DNA from: an uncultured Rhodospirillaceae bacterium
GTDB taxonomy: Bacteria; Pseudomonadota; Alphaproteobacteria; Rhodospirillales; UBA2165
DNA length: 64,000 bases
Direction of reading: 5' to 3'
Assembly: GCA_964643045.1 (NCBI GenBank)
Contig: CAZXSC010000001.1
Coordinates: 66,296 to 130,295, forward strand
Made by a program: the position numbers and the translations under genes. Positions 62,407 to 64,000 of this stretch are shown here, one piece after another (the stretch's first letter is position 1; every line of letters starts with the position of its first letter). The notes under the pieces were generated by a model. It was not told the origin of the DNA, did not search any database, and saw only the letters and a list, made by a program, of their open reading frames with translations.

Positions 62407-63741
62407 TTATGCTTTCACTATTTTCTTGGAATTATCCTTAATCAAGCGTGTTGCGTTACGTGTATCAACAACCAGTTTACTATTTTCGACGAGTTCTTCA
62501 TAATTTATATTATCATGATTGGTACAAATTAATGTTGCGTCATATCTTGATAATTCCTCTTTTGACCAATTAATTGATTTCCGGCCAGTCAAGTTTTGGT
62601 GGTTGCGGGTTTTTGTTATTGCTGGAATAAATGGATCAAAGTAAGAAGCAGTAGCACCGGCTTCCTCAATTAATTTCATAAGCATAAATGCTGGGCTCTC
62701 TCGAGTGTCATTTATATTTTTTTTATAAGCTATACCAATTAATAATATATTTGACCCGTTTATATTTTTGTTTTGCTTTTCTTTTAGAGCCTGTATTAAG
62801 GCCGCTACTATCATTTTAGGCATGGAATTATTAATTTCACCGGCAAGCTTTATAAATCTAGTATCTTCACCAAATTGCTTAGCTCGATATGTTAAATAAT
62901 ATGGATCGATGGGAATGCAGTGACCACCAAGTCCCGGGCCTGGATAAAATGGCATGTAGCCAAAAGGTTTACTCTTAGCAGCGTTAACCACCTCCCAGAT
63001 ATCTACACCCATTTTTGAATAAATGACTTTCAGTTCATTTATCATGGCAATATTAACCGAGCGAAAAATATTCTCGGTTAATTTAACGGCCTCGGCCGTT
63101 TTCATTGATGAAACCGGAATTGTCTTGCTGAAAATTTGATCATAAATTGCACAAGCTAATTCTCTTGCTAATGGGTCATCACCTCCAACTATCTTCGGGA
63201 TACTTCCGGTTTTATAATTTAAATTCCCAGGGTCTTCGCGTTCTGGGCTATAAGCTAAAAACAAATTTTCACCATATTTAAATCTATCTTGTTTCAATAT
63301 TGGCTTAAGAACTTCGTCGGTTGTTCCAGGATAAGTTGTGGACTCGAGAACAATAAGCTGATTGTTTTGCAAATTTGGAGCTATTAACTTCCCCGTTGAA
63401 ATAATATACTGTAAGTCCGGCTCTTGGTTATTATTTAACGGGGTCGGCACACAGATTATAACTACACCAACATCTGATATTTTTGAGAAATCGTCGGTGG
63501 GAGAAAAAAGACCACTTGTAATAGCTTGGGATATTACATCTGCTGTAATATGGCTGAGATAAGATTTGCCATTTTTTAACGCATCTATTTTTTCTTTATC
63601 GACGTCAAATCCTATAGTTTCAAAACGATTGCTAACAAAACTTAGGCATAGTGGCAGGCCGACGTATCCTAAACCAATAATACCAATTTTAACGGACCTA
63701 TCTTTAAAGGCCTTTTTTTGTTGGGCAATATCGGTCAACAT
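62407..63741 (-). CDS. Nucleotide-sugar 6-dehydrogenase (WbpA/WbpO/TviB type)
   Basis: VKIGIIGLGYVGLPLCLSFVSNRFETIGFDVDKEKIDALKNGKSYLSHI; 444 aa. Confidence 0.8.
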   Translation of the reverse strand: MLTDIAQQKKAFKDRSVKIGIIGLGYVGLPLCLSFVSNRFETIGFDVDKEKIDALKNGKSYLSHITADVISQAITSGLFSPTDDFSKISDVGVVIICVPTPLNNNQEPDLQYIISTGKLIAPNLQNNQLIVLESTTYPGTTDEVLKPILKQDRFKYGENLFLAYSPEREDPGNLNYKTGSIPKIVGGDDPLARELACAIYDQIFSKTIPVSSMKTAEAVKLTENIFRSVNIAMINELKVIYSKMGVDIWEVVNAAKSKPFGYMPFYPGPGLGGHCIPIDPYYLTYRAKQFGEDTRFIKLAGEINNSMPKMIVAALIQALKEKQNKNINGSNILLIGIAYKKNINDTRESPAFMLMKLIEEAGATASYFDPFIPAITKTRNHQNLTGRKSINWSKEELSRYDATLICTNHDNINYEELVENSKLVVDTRNATRLIKDNSKKIVKA

Positions 63742-63841
63742 TTATGCTATATGCCTTTAGCTAGAATTATATTTTCGGCAAATTAAAGCTTTTTGTGACT
63801 ATTGCAAACTTTATGAATTTGAAGTTAAATTCAAATTATTA

Positions 63842-64000
63842 TCAAATTTGTGTCAGCCGCCATTTAATAACATTATTGGTTTCATTCACTGATCCAAATA
63901 TCACGATTTGCTGGGTACGGCGGCGAGGGCTATTATCGTCAAAATAAATACTTTCTTCGATTTCTATTGTCTGATCTAAGCAGGTAAAGCGCCAACCTGC
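63842..64000 (-). CDS. 3' end of an unidentified CDS entering from beyond the window
   Basis: Manual reverse translation is open from 64000 to the TGA at 63844-63842 and reads ...AGWRFTCLDQTIEIEESIYFDDNSPRRRTQQIVIFGSVNETNNVIKWRLTQI. No family recognised. Confidence 0.4.
   Translation of the reverse strand, partial: AGWRFTCLDQTIEIEESIYFDDNSPRRRTQQIVIFGSVNETNNVIKWRLTQI

Noticed and set aside
1-64000. Search for CRISPR arrays, tRNA/rRNA genes, IS elements, integrases, phage or defence-system genes
   Set aside because: I saw no direct-repeat/spacer arrays, no tRNA-like cloverleaf candidates in the non-coding gaps I read, and no ORF with transposase, integrase, nuclease or defence-type motifs. 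Absence is based on reading by eye, not on a computational scan.

Overview
AT-rich (about 40% GC by eye, not computed) 64-kb window that is essentially one very large surface-glycan biosynthesis island. About 57 tightly packed genes, many with overlapping stop and start codons, run on the minus strand from 54,968 down to 1. They are interrupted only by a ~600-bp control region (48,979-49,574). A short plus-strand pair (55,603-58,046) and a second minus-strand group (58,141-64,000) follow. All calls rest on motif recall from the supplied translations and my own reading of the DNA; no database search was possible. Modules recognised: (1) pseudaminic-acid genes pseB-pseC-pseF...pseI, with Nudix-like, HAD and methyltransferase genes where pseG/pseH are expected; (2) a four-gene cassette (15,700-20,683) matching in family, size and order the Campylobacter jejuni Cj1418-Cj1417-Cj1416-Cj1415 pathway for the activated phosphoramidate donor of O-methyl-phosphoramidate, preceded by a carbamoyltransferase and followed by five poorly characterisable enzymes; (3) an NDP-heptose module (gmhA, gmhB, an HldE-like fusion with reversed domain order) with its own transaldolase and split transketolase plus many SDR, oxidoreductase and methyltransferase tailoring genes; (4) a fused ABC exporter; (5) legionaminic-acid-type genes split across the control region, with no second NeuB-type synthase in the window; (6) a CDP-6-deoxyhexose module (rfbF-rfbG-epimerase-reductase); (7) an acetamidino-forming trio (PP-loop amidotransferase plus HisF/HisH paralogs); (8) a uronamide-type module (WbpA/TviB-type dehydrogenase, 4-epimerase, AsnB-like amidotransferase). 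The control region holds a near-consensus ops/JUMPstart element upstream of an operon-encoded RfaH-like NusG paralog, a sigma70-like promoter, and three copies of a TGTTC-N7-GAACA palindrome. A fourth copy sits just upstream of the carbamoyltransferase/phosphoramidate block. No rRNA, tRNA, CRISPR, transposase, integrase or phage genes were seen.
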